DNA of 60,468 nt from an uncultured Candidatus Saccharibacteria bacterium (lineage in GTDB: Bacteria > Patescibacteriota > Dojkabacteria > SC72), in assembly GCA_964403155.1 (NCBI GenBank), contig CAYOEG010000004.1, positions 1 through 60,468 of the forward strand. The letters are read 5' to 3'. A program made the position numbers and the translations under genes. Below the pieces are notes generated by a model. It was given only the letters and a program-made list of their open reading frames with translations. It did no database searches and was not told where the DNA came from. Shown here in pieces: positions 33,294 to 41,475 of this stretch; position 1 is the stretch's first letter, and every line of letters begins with the position of its first letter.

Positions 33294-33331
33294 TATCCTT
33301 TAATATATATATTTCTGATATCATTAATGAT

Positions 33332-33691
33332 ATGGAATCCATATCAGATATATTAAAAAATCTAAAACCTCAATCAGAAGAAAAAAAACAACCTCAACCA
33401 GAACTCTTCAACATGGATGAAATAAAGGATAATCCCAAGAGAATGTTTGGAGACAAACATAAATATATCTCTACTGAATATCAAGTATATGGGCTTCGTC
33501 TAGCAGGCAAATTGGGAGACACAAAGCGAACAACAATGTATATAAAGTGGGCGAAAGAGAAACCGAGAGCAATCTTAGAAATGGCTTACAGCTTTACGAT
33601 AGACTATCCGAATGCAAAAGACAAAAGTAAGATATTTATGTGGAAAGTAAAAGAACTAGAAAATGAAAGAAAGAATAAAAAAGAAGAATAA
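33332..33691 (+). CDS. Small basic hypothetical protein
   Basis: The ORF track starts at 33224, but that N-terminal part overlaps the minus-strand promoter copy C and is low-complexity. ATG 33332 (MESISDILKN...) is preferred. I recognise no family. The ATG is embedded in the near-palindrome GATATCATTAATGATATG. Confidence 0.4.
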   Translation: MESISDILKNLKPQSEEKKQPQPELFNMDEIKDNPKRMFGDKHKYISTEYQVYGLRLAGKLGDTKRTTMYIKWAKEKPRAILEMAYSFTIDYPNAKDKSKIFMWKVKELENERKNKKEE

Positions 33692-34487
33692 TTGGAAAGA
33701 AATAATCAAGAAACACCTTGGAATGTATTTCTCGCAAGAGTATATGCATAAGGGACAACTTATATCATGGATTATCTCGGATATTATTAAAATTGCAGGA
33801 TTGTGTTTTGTATGGATAGCCTCTTCAAATATAACGGGAAGTATAGATCAAGGGTATCTAGTTACTTATTACATTCTTATCCTTGTAGTTGGTAGATTAA
33901 TGGCTGATATTACTCCAGAGGAGGGAGTGAGGCAGATTCTTAATGGAAAGTTCTCGAATCTTTTGTTAAAACCGGTAAGCTACATTAACTGTTACATTGG
34001 TAATAATTTAGGTTCAAACCTGTTCAGGTTAATGGTATCTGCACCTGCATTTTTAGGGGGAATGTTTTTAGCGATAAAGTTGGATTTATGGGTAATGGAC
34101 TTTAACCCATATTTAATATTTCTTGCACTAATAGCAGTTATCATGGGGTTTTTAATAAATTTCTTCTTGGGTAGTATCTTTTCCTTGTTAGCGTTTTACA
34201 ATAAAAACATGGAAGGGATGAGAATCTTTTATTTTAATATTGCAGCACTTCTTTCAGGTGAATTTATTCCAATTATCATACTCCCTTTTCTTGCACAGTT
34301 TGTTCTTAAAATGTTGCCTTTTAGGTATACGCTATCGTTTCCGATTGAAATATTAATAGGGAGAATGACGAACTATGATATTTATTCAGGATTTGCAATC
34401 GGGATGATATGGTTAGTTGCTTTGTATTTTATCTACAAAATTCTTTATTCAATAGCCATAAGAAGATATGCAGCAGAAGGTATTTAA
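33663..34487 (+). CDS. ABC-2 family transporter permease (DUF990/COG4587-like)
   Basis: 274 aa with ~6 TM helices. Its size and pairing with a second similar permease fit the two-permease uncharacterized ABC-2 system as I remember it. Confidence 0.55.
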   Translation: MKERIKKKNNWKEIIKKHLGMYFSQEYMHKGQLISWIISDIIKIAGLCFVWIASSNITGSIDQGYLVTYYILILVVGRLMADITPEEGVRQILNGKFSNLLLKPVSYINCYIGNNLGSNLFRLMVSAPAFLGGMFLAIKLDLWVMDFNPYLIFLALIAVIMGFLINFFLGSIFSLLAFYNKNMEGMRIFYFNIAALLSGEFIPIIILPFLAQFVLKMLPFRYTLSFPIEILIGRMTNYDIYSGFAIGMIWLVALYFIYKILYSIAIRRYAAEGI

Positions 34488-35280
34488 ACAAAATATATTT
34501 AGATATTGGAGAATATGGATATTGTGTCTGAAGGCAAGTCTTAAGAAAAGCAAGGCTTACAAAGGAGAAATATTTGTTAGATTTTTGCGTACTATTTTCA
34601 TATTACTTACACAAATACTTCTTCTTTCTGTAGTTTTTGGAAACCAGGAATACCTTGCAGGATGGTCAAGATCTGAAGCATATCTTGTGCTTGGCATTTG
34701 GAATCTCTTAAATTACTCTGGATGGGCATTTTTCGGTGTTAATCTATCTATGTTAGAAAGGCATGTGGTGGATGGCGATTTTGATTTTACTCTTATGAAG
34801 CCAGTTTCTTCTGCATGGCTTACATCTTTTGGTGATTTCTCAATGTATAATTTAATATCGGCTTTATCAGGAGTAATCTTAATTGGATACTATTTTGTAG
34901 CTAATTGGACGACTGTTTCGCTCGTAAATGTGGGCTTTTTCCTTTGTGCATTGATAATCGCAATGCTGATTTGGTACTCAATATATCTATTCTTCGCTAG
35001 TTTTACATTATCTATACCTAGAAATGGATTCATGGGTATAGCAAAAGAGATATTGGGGCTAACCAGATATCCTACTAGTATATATATAGAATCTTTGCAG
35101 TTTGTTTTTTATACTGTAATACCAATTGCTTTTGTTTCCACAATCCCTTCAGAGGTCCTTTTGGGAAGAGTAACACCTTCAGTATTAATATTGGGAGCAG
35201 GAATAGCAATCCTATTATTAAGACTCAGCTATTGGGTTTGGAATATGAATGTTAAGAGGTTTGTAAGTGCTGGTGGATAG
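34468..35280 (+). CDS. ABC-2 family transporter permease (second subunit, COG3694-like)
   Basis: 270 aa with ~6 TM helices. It overlaps the previous permease gene by 20 nt. Confidence 0.55.
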   Translation: MQQKVFKQNIFRYWRIWILCLKASLKKSKAYKGEIFVRFLRTIFILLTQILLLSVVFGNQEYLAGWSRSEAYLVLGIWNLLNYSGWAFFGVNLSMLERHVVDGDFDFTLMKPVSSAWLTSFGDFSMYNLISALSGVILIGYYFVANWTTVSLVNVGFFLCALIIAMLIWYSIYLFFASFTLSIPRNGFMGIAKEILGLTRYPTSIYIESLQFVFYTVIPIAFVSTIPSEVLLGRVTPSVLILGAGIAILLLRLSYWVWNMNVKRFVSAGG

Positions 35281-35338
35281 ACATTATAGTTTTCAAAAGC
35301 TCGCAAAAATCTCAAATAGTGATTGTTGTGATAAGGGT

Positions 35339-36343
35339 TTACTTAGACGCTAAGCGTCCTACTGCATCTAATACTTTCTTCAATGCTTCTTCTGCGGTTT
35401 CTGCTTTCAGTGATGATGCGGAGGCATATGGATGTCCTCCACCTCCAAGAGCTTGTGCAATATCTCCAACTTCTTGGTATCCTTTGGTGCTTCTAAATGA
35501 CACAAACCACGTATCTTTATTGTCAAAATCTGGCTTAATTACAAAACCCCAATGTACACCTTGTATAAACCTGATATATTTATCCCTTAAAAATGCTTGT
35601 GCTTCATTAACTCCTGTTTTTGTTAAATTCTCTTTTTCAATCTCATCTAGTGATATATACATGTATGCCATATCTTTTTCAATTGTTAAAGTTTTAAGAT
35701 ATGAAATAATAGCGGGTGTCGCTTCTTTTGGAAATTTCGCTGCATTGTAAGACATTGCTTCCATATCAACATTAAAAACTTGCTTCGCATCTGCGAAGAC
35801 CCTTAGTGTATCTGGAGTTGTCGTCTCGTAAAGGAATCGCCCGGTATCTGCAACGATGCCGTACTGTACCAATTCTGCAATATCTTTTGTTAATACAAAC
35901 TTTTTCCCAAGAATATCCTTAAAACTTACGAATACTTGTTCTGTTGCAGAACTACGCTTTTCGTTGATAACAAAGGAGTCTGAATTGGGTTCAACCTCCG
36001 TGTGATGATCGATACAGATGACTTCTTTGTTAGTATCCTTCATCTGATCTCTTGCGAAGTCTAAACATAGATCTATCTTTCCTGCATCGGTGACAATGAT
36101 TAGATCTTCTTCATCCTCTCTCAATTCTTCTACCACATGTATAGCTTTCATTCCTGGTAGGTTCGCTGTGGGCATCTGCCTTGCTTTCATAACTACATTC
36201 TTTTTAGGATCTAGAGGCTCTATGAGAAATTTGATCAGAAGCATGCTACAGAAAGCATCAATATCGGGACTCCTGTGAGTGATGATTAAAATATTCTTAG
36301 ATTTTTCAATTAATTGTTTTAATTTCTTGTTGTACTGTAACAT
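35339..36343 (-). CDS. nrnA: DHH/DHHA1 phosphoesterase (NrnA-like oligoribonuclease/pAp phosphatase)
   Basis: ILIITHRSPDIDAFCS (DHH motif I), IVTDAG, IDHH and the DHHA1 motif GGGGHPYASA. The ORF track starts at TTG 36406. ATG 36343 (MLQYNKKLKQLIEKSKNILIITH) fits family N-termini better. Confidence 0.8.
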   Translation of the reverse strand: MLQYNKKLKQLIEKSKNILIITHRSPDIDAFCSMLLIKFLIEPLDPKKNVVMKARQMPTANLPGMKAIHVVEELREDEEDLIIVTDAGKIDLCLDFARDQMKDTNKEVICIDHHTEVEPNSDSFVINEKRSSATEQVFVSFKDILGKKFVLTKDIAELVQYGIVADTGRFLYETTTPDTLRVFADAKQVFNVDMEAMSYNAAKFPKEATPAIISYLKTLTIEKDMAYMYISLDEIEKENLTKTGVNEAQAFLRDKYIRFIQGVHWGFVIKPDFDNKDTWFVSFRSTKGYQEVGDIAQALGGGGHPYASASSLKAETAEEALKKVLDAVGRLASK

Positions 36344-36497
36344 AATCTTGATAATACCAGATGGGGAGAATATAATAAACCAAGAAATGAGAAGATATTT
36401 TTGCAATAACTCATCAACATCATCCGTCCTCTAAGAGGACGAAATTAATTACTTTCAAAATTTTGGTTTAGTATATTTAAATTAAAGAAATAGATAG

Positions 36498-37769
36498 ATG
36501 ATAGATATTAAAAAAATAGTTGAAGAAAAAGAGAAGGTTCAAGAAGCTTTACTTAAGCGAATGGAACCAGAGAAGTTGGATTTGGATACCATAATAAATC
36601 TTTACAATCAGAGAAAAGAACTTCAGACGGAATTTGATGTTAAGAGGGGTGAGCAGAATGCGTTTAATGAAAAGATGGCAAAGGTTGAAAAGGGTGGAGA
36701 TGAATTTAAACAATTGGTTGCGGACTTAAAAGTTAAGGCGGAGGAGGTGAAGGGTATTGAAGAGAAATTAAAGGCTGTTGAGGCTGAACTTAAGGCTAAG
36801 ATGGAGGTGCTACCTAATATCTCTGACGAAGATGTGGTTGCTGGAGGAAAAGAGAAGAATGAAGTTATAAAGATGGTAGGAGAAAAGCCTACATTTGATT
36901 TTCAAATTAAGGATCATGTAGAACTTGGAAAGAATTTAGATATTTTCGATTTGGAAACAGCCGCGAAGATTTCTGGTGCAAACTTTCCAATGTATAAAGG
37001 TTTAGGGGCGAGATTAGAATGGGCATTAATAAACTTCTTCATATCAGAGCATAACAACTCAGGATATGAGATGATCATTCCTCCCAATCTTGTGATTGAA
37101 CAATCTGCATATGCTGCAGGCCAATTACCAAAGTTTAAGGATGATGTATATTGGGTACAGGATGGGTTATGTTTAGTTCCTACTGCAGAAACAGTTTTGA
37201 CAAATATCTACAGAGACTCTATGTTGGAAGAGAAGGATCTTCCTAAGAAATTCTTTGCATATACTCCATGTTACAGGAGAGAGGCGGGTACATATCGCGC
37301 AAGTGAAAAAGGGTTGATTAGAATGCACCAATTTAATAAGGTTGAGATGTATCAGTTTACTGCAGATGATAAATCGAAAGAAGCGTTTGATGAGTTAGTA
37401 GCTAAGGCAGAGGATTTAGTCAAAAAATTAGGATTGCATTACAGAGTAGTTAAGTTAGCTGCTGGAGATTGTTCTGCAGGTGCTGCAAGGACATATGATA
37501 TTGAGGTATATATGCCTACAATGGACACTTACTATGAAGTAAGTTCTGTTTCTAACGTTACCGATTATCAGGCAAGAAGGGGTAATATGAGATACAAGCC
37601 TGCCGATGGAAGTAAGCCTAGGTATATGCATACTCTTAATGGTTCTGGTTTAGCAACAAGTAGATTGATGGTTGCATTGGTAGAGGCATATCAGCAAGCT
37701 GATGGTTCTATTACAGTTCCAGAAGTCTTAAGACCATTTATGGGAGGAATAGATAAGATAGCTAAATAG
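36498..37769 (+). CDS. serS: Serine--tRNA ligase
   Basis: 423 aa with an N-terminal coiled-coil arm. Class II core: FFAYTPCYRREAG, MHQFNKVEMYQF, EVSSVSN..DYQARR and TLNGSGLATSR. Confidence 0.93.
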   Translation: MIDIKKIVEEKEKVQEALLKRMEPEKLDLDTIINLYNQRKELQTEFDVKRGEQNAFNEKMAKVEKGGDEFKQLVADLKVKAEEVKGIEEKLKAVEAELKAKMEVLPNISDEDVVAGGKEKNEVIKMVGEKPTFDFQIKDHVELGKNLDIFDLETAAKISGANFPMYKGLGARLEWALINFFISEHNNSGYEMIIPPNLVIEQSAYAAGQLPKFKDDVYWVQDGLCLVPTAETVLTNIYRDSMLEEKDLPKKFFAYTPCYRREAGTYRASEKGLIRMHQFNKVEMYQFTADDKSKEAFDELVAKAEDLVKKLGLHYRVVKLAAGDCSAGAARTYDIEVYMPTMDTYYEVSSVSNVTDYQARRGNMRYKPADGSKPRYMHTLNGSGLATSRLMVALVEAYQQADGSITVPEVLRPFMGGIDKIAK

Positions 37770-37773
37770 AAAT

Positions 37774-38316
37774 ATGTTTTTCTTGGGATTTTGCCCTGAC
37801 AAGGAAGCTATTAAAAAGATACGCAAAGTGTCGTCGGAATTGGGCAAAGTTTTTGACGATTTTGATATTTCTGTAAGATGGAGTAATCCGGATAGCTATC
37901 ATATGATGATGGTACCTTTGGATATCAAATTCCCTTTCTTGGAGATACCAATATTAAAATACAGAATGCTCAAATATTGTTTTAGTCCTTTTAAGGTAGT
38001 TTTTAATACTGGCAAATTAGGGATTTCTAGGAAGTACAAAGAGCTTGTATATCTTGATGTGAAAGAGGGTGGTGAGGAGATGAGGAAGATGTATTTAGAT
38101 ATTAGAAAGTTTCTAGGGAAAAAAGATCAGGGCAACTTTATACCTCATCTTGTATTGGGAAGAATTAGTAAGGATCTTTGTGATCAGGAATATACAAATA
38201 TATCCAGAGATCTTTATAGGGTAGCCAAAGGATTGGATATTCAAGATATTCATTTTTCTGTGAATGCATTAAAGATAATCAAGATGACACCAGAAGGATT
38301 AGAGATTATTGGCTAA
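37774..38316 (+). CDS. 2H-phosphoesterase-like protein (LigT/ThpR family, divergent)
   Basis: 180 aa with two H-x-x-x motifs at the expected spacing (SYHMMMVPL and IPHLVLGRI). The usual Thr/Ser after each His is absent. Confidence 0.4.
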   Translation: MFFLGFCPDKEAIKKIRKVSSELGKVFDDFDISVRWSNPDSYHMMMVPLDIKFPFLEIPILKYRMLKYCFSPFKVVFNTGKLGISRKYKELVYLDVKEGGEEMRKMYLDIRKFLGKKDQGNFIPHLVLGRISKDLCDQEYTNISRDLYRVAKGLDIQDIHFSVNALKIIKMTPEGLEIIG

Positions 38317-39156
38317 TATATCTTCAAGATTTTTAACCCATATCACATTATGGTTTCTTCTAAACCATGTCTTTTGTCGTTTAATATACTTCATCGTATT
38401 CTTAATAATTACTTCTTCTACATCCTCAAGAGTATATCCTGAAGTCTTCTCAAAATATGGTAAAAATTCTTGATATCCAATAGATTGAAGGGCAGGATAT
38501 TTGTAATATCCTTTTGCAAAGGCATCATATGCCTCTTTTTCTAAACCCTGCTCAAACATCCTTTCAACTCTATCTCTTACATTTCTGTCTAAATCTTCCT
38601 TAGATACATCTAATACAAAATATTTACATGGATATATGGGAATGGTATTTCTTAAAGTTGTTACCCCTTCCTTCTCTATAATTCTAATTAATCTTCTCGG
38701 ATTATTTCTATCACTCTCATTCAACTGATTAAGAATATCCAGAGAAAGCCTGGATTGTAAATCTTCTAATGTGAGTGATGATAGCTCTTCTCTTTGCTTC
38801 TTGTTATCATTTTCCGAATCTAGATCATATCCAAATATTACAGAATCTATATATAGACCAGTACCACCGACCAAGATTATCTGTTTCTCCTCTGGGAGTG
38901 TATCAATCAGATTTATAACTTCTTTCTGATATTTATGTATATTGTATTGTTCTGTAACAGAAACATGCCCAAAGAGGTAGTGTTGGATATCATCCATTTC
39001 AGCAATTGTTGGTCTTGCTGTACCTATTAAAAGTTCTTTGTATACCTGTCTTGAGTCCGCATTAATGATTACACCATCAAGTCTCTTTGCTAAATCAATT
39101 GCAATCTTTGATTTCCCAGATGCAGTAGGACCTGCTATGACAATGATGGAACGCAT
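38299..39156 (-). CDS. miaA: tRNA dimethylallyltransferase
   Basis: 285 aa with the P-loop IAGPTASGKS. DSRQVYKELLIGTARPT and LVGGTGLYIDS are typical MiaA. Confidence 0.9.
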   Translation of the reverse strand: MRSIIVIAGPTASGKSKIAIDLAKRLDGVIINADSRQVYKELLIGTARPTIAEMDDIQHYLFGHVSVTEQYNIHKYQKEVINLIDTLPEEKQIILVGGTGLYIDSVIFGYDLDSENDNKKQREELSSLTLEDLQSRLSLDILNQLNESDRNNPRRLIRIIEKEGVTTLRNTIPIYPCKYFVLDVSKEDLDRNVRDRVERMFEQGLEKEAYDAFAKGYYKYPALQSIGYQEFLPYFEKTSGYTLEDVEEVIIKNTMKYIKRQKTWFRRNHNVIWVKNLEDILANNL

Positions 39157-39157
39157 T

Positions 39158-39667
39158 CTATTTGATTAATTTGTAAACCAATATATATGAAATCCAAAGA
39201 GTTGCTAAAGAATCTCCAAGTGCGATTAGAAGAGGAATTATTAGAGAGGGAGAGAGTACTGCGACTGCAACCAGTAGTAATGTTAAAGAGAGAGACAATC
39301 GTATAGTATCGTTCTTCATCTCTTGTTTGATCTCTAATATGGAGAAGTCTTTTCGCTTACGATTTCGCATGAAGTATCCAACAGCAGTTCCAATATTAAG
39401 TGTAAGTGCAAAGATTGTTACAAATGGTACAACTTTAAAAATATCTGTAATTTCTAATTTAAATGCTAAATCGGCAACAAAGAAAGTAACGCAAACCAAA
39501 ATGCCCGATATCAGGATAGATAGGAGAGATATTAGCGAAAATCTTTTATTTTTTGTAAATATCCAAACGAGTGCAGGTATGACAAGTAGTATTATTAAGA
39601 GAAGAGCACTGAGAAGGAGTTTCTCGTAAGATGTCCAACTGTTCCAAAGATTTGTAAATATTTCCAT
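39158..39667 (-). CDS. Small polytopic membrane protein, unknown function
   Basis: 169 aa with ~5 TM helices. It starts 2 nt after the stop of the upstream SecD-like gene, suggesting an operon. Confidence 0.4.
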   Translation of the reverse strand: MEIFTNLWNSWTSYEKLLLSALLLIILLVIPALVWIFTKNKRFSLISLLSILISGILVCVTFFVADLAFKLEITDIFKVVPFVTIFALTLNIGTAVGYFMRNRKRKDFSILEIKQEMKNDTIRLSLSLTLLLVAVAVLSPSLIIPLLIALGDSLATLWISYILVYKLIK

Positions 39668-39669
39668 AG

Positions 39670-40878
39670 TTATATTTTCTTTATCTTATTTAAATACCAA
39701 CCAGATATTATCAAGCATAATTTTGAAAGTGAGGTTAAGAGTAATACATTTTGTGCTAATTGACTTAATGCACCACTTGCAAGGAAGATGGTTGAGGTCA
39801 GTAAGATTAGTAAGAAAAGCTCAATGTAGAAATGTGAATCTTTGTTTTCACTAAGCACGTATGTGGTTACAACTAACAATACCATCTCTATCGCCAAGTA
39901 ATTCAAATCAACAGGTACATTAAATATCTTTAAGAAGGCAATATACAATGATGCAGAGAGGATTGTTGCTATCAATGCTTTTCCAACTCTTTGTTTGTCT
40001 ATGCTTTTTGAAACTACGAGGTATGTGTAAAGAATAATTATGCTTGCGACTATTGCGATTGTGATACCGATATAGTCAATTGCAGTTGTGTCTAAGGTTC
40101 TCTCGGTTTCTGATTCTATTGTGCAATCAGTATTAATTAATCCTGAGTTGTAAAGTAAATCCATTACCTTGATCTGTTGTTCATCCTCTGTAGAGACTGG
40201 AATTGCAAATATCTGCTGTGTGGTATCTACCAAGTATGGTGTAACAAATCCATCTAGATTTACACCAATGTATTGAGTATTGTATTTCTGCAAAAATGTA
40301 TTGAATGCCTCAACCTTGTTAGGCCAAAGTTTAAAAATTGCAAAGTATGAGTTCTCTCCACTACTTGTTTTTAATTTTGTAATGTATACATTTCTAAAAT
40401 CACTTCTATCCCATTCAGTTGCATCATAGTTTTTGACATAAATATACGCATACGGATCAGAGGTGTCCTCGAAGTTAACATCTGCCTTTCTCGTAACTAT
40501 CTGCGCTGCGAAACGATTAGCTAAAAGTTCTCTAACCAAAGATCTATCCTTCGAAGAGGTTATGGTTATATGTATTTTGTTTTCTATGATGCTGGATGAG
40601 ACTTCTTCTACGCCAAAACCTCTAAGTCTTTTGAAAAAGATATTGTTAATCTCATCAAGTGATTGCACAGATGTATCTTCCGCAGATATTACATATTCTT
40701 GTGACCAATATGTTCCGTTTTTGAGTGTAAGATTGTAATTTACTTTAGAAACGTACTTCTCTGTTAATGGGAGTGCAATGAAAACAGTCGCGATGAAAAG
40801 CGCGGTTGTGATTATTATTAATATGTAATTTAGCAAGGGCTTGAGATTCAAGCTCAGCTTTAATCTTGGTAATTTCAT
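39670..40878 (-). CDS. SecD-like membrane protein (divergent)
   Basis: 402 aa with the topology TM1, a ~240-aa periplasmic domain and ~5 TMs. NLTLKNGT resembles the SecD LGLDLKGG motif. IFFKRLRGFGVEEVSSSIIENKIHITITSSKDRSLVRELLANRFAAQIVTRK parallels the SecD segment [30 protein letters not shown]...AKEILG.TA.LEFR, recalled from memory. Confidence 0.4.
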   Translation of the reverse strand: MKLPRLKLSLNLKPLLNYILIIITTALFIATVFIALPLTEKYVSKVNYNLTLKNGTYWSQEYVISAEDTSVQSLDEINNIFFKRLRGFGVEEVSSSIIENKIHITITSSKDRSLVRELLANRFAAQIVTRKADVNFEDTSDPYAYIYVKNYDATEWDRSDFRNVYITKLKTSSGENSYFAIFKLWPNKVEAFNTFLQKYNTQYIGVNLDGFVTPYLVDTTQQIFAIPVSTEDEQQIKVMDLLYNSGLINTDCTIESETERTLDTTAIDYIGITIAIVASIIILYTYLVVSKSIDKQRVGKALIATILSASLYIAFLKIFNVPVDLNYLAIEMVLLVVTTYVLSENKDSHFYIELFLLILLTSTIFLASGALSQLAQNVLLLTSLSKLCLIISGWYLNKIKKI

Positions 40879-40881
40879 GTA

Positions 40882-41454
40882 TTAAAGTAGGTCAGATATC
40901 TGTCCGAATATGATCATCTTATCCTTTTCTAAGATGTTCATCAAGAATGGTTCTTTCTTTTTTCTAGCGAAATCGAAATCCTCTTTAGTTATCGCACTAA
41001 ATCTAATCTCTCGTTTTTGATCCTTCTCTAATTCGCTAACAGCTGTAGAGAGTTCCCTAACTTTCATATTACCAATGAAGAGGAAATCAACATCGGTGGT
41101 GTTATCATATCTATTCTTAATGAAACTTTCAGTTAAAACGACAACCTGTATTCCCTCGACGCCTTCAATAACTTTGAGAACTGCTTTCCCTATATTGGAT
41201 TCTTTGTAGAACATACTTCTAAGATCCTGGAGAATAGGGCATTTTTTGTTTAATCTATACACCAATTTGTTCCCATCTTTTTTAGAGTAGAGTAGTCCAG
41301 CATCTTGAAGATTTAAGAGTTCTCTTCGAACTGCATTGATCTCTTCATCAAGAATTCTAACTAAACCTCTAACATGGAAAGCTGCGTTCATATCGAGCAT
41401 ATATTGCTCTAGGATTCTAATCCTAACTTTTGATATAAAAAGATTCTTTAGCAT
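40882..41454 (-). CDS. Winged-helix transcriptional regulator
   Basis: 190 aa. The N-terminal wHTH-like segment is VRIRILEQYML...VRGLVRILDEEINAVRRELLNLQDAGLLYSKKDGNKLVYRLN. Confidence 0.45.
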   Translation of the reverse strand: MLKNLFISKVRIRILEQYMLDMNAAFHVRGLVRILDEEINAVRRELLNLQDAGLLYSKKDGNKLVYRLNKKCPILQDLRSMFYKESNIGKAVLKVIEGVEGIQVVVLTESFIKNRYDNTTDVDFLFIGNMKVRELSTAVSELEKDQKREIRFSAITKEDFDFARKKKEPFLMNILEKDKMIIFGQISDLL

Positions 41455-41475
41455 AGTTCCCCAACCTGCTTAATA

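Noticed and set aside
36407-36497. A T-box or other leader upstream of serS (hairpin CGTCCTC-TAA-GAGGACG at ~36425-36442).
   Set aside because: The interval is only ~90 nt and is shared with the divergent nrnA-like gene. There is no specifier-loop or T-box sequence, so it is too short for a T-box riboswitch.
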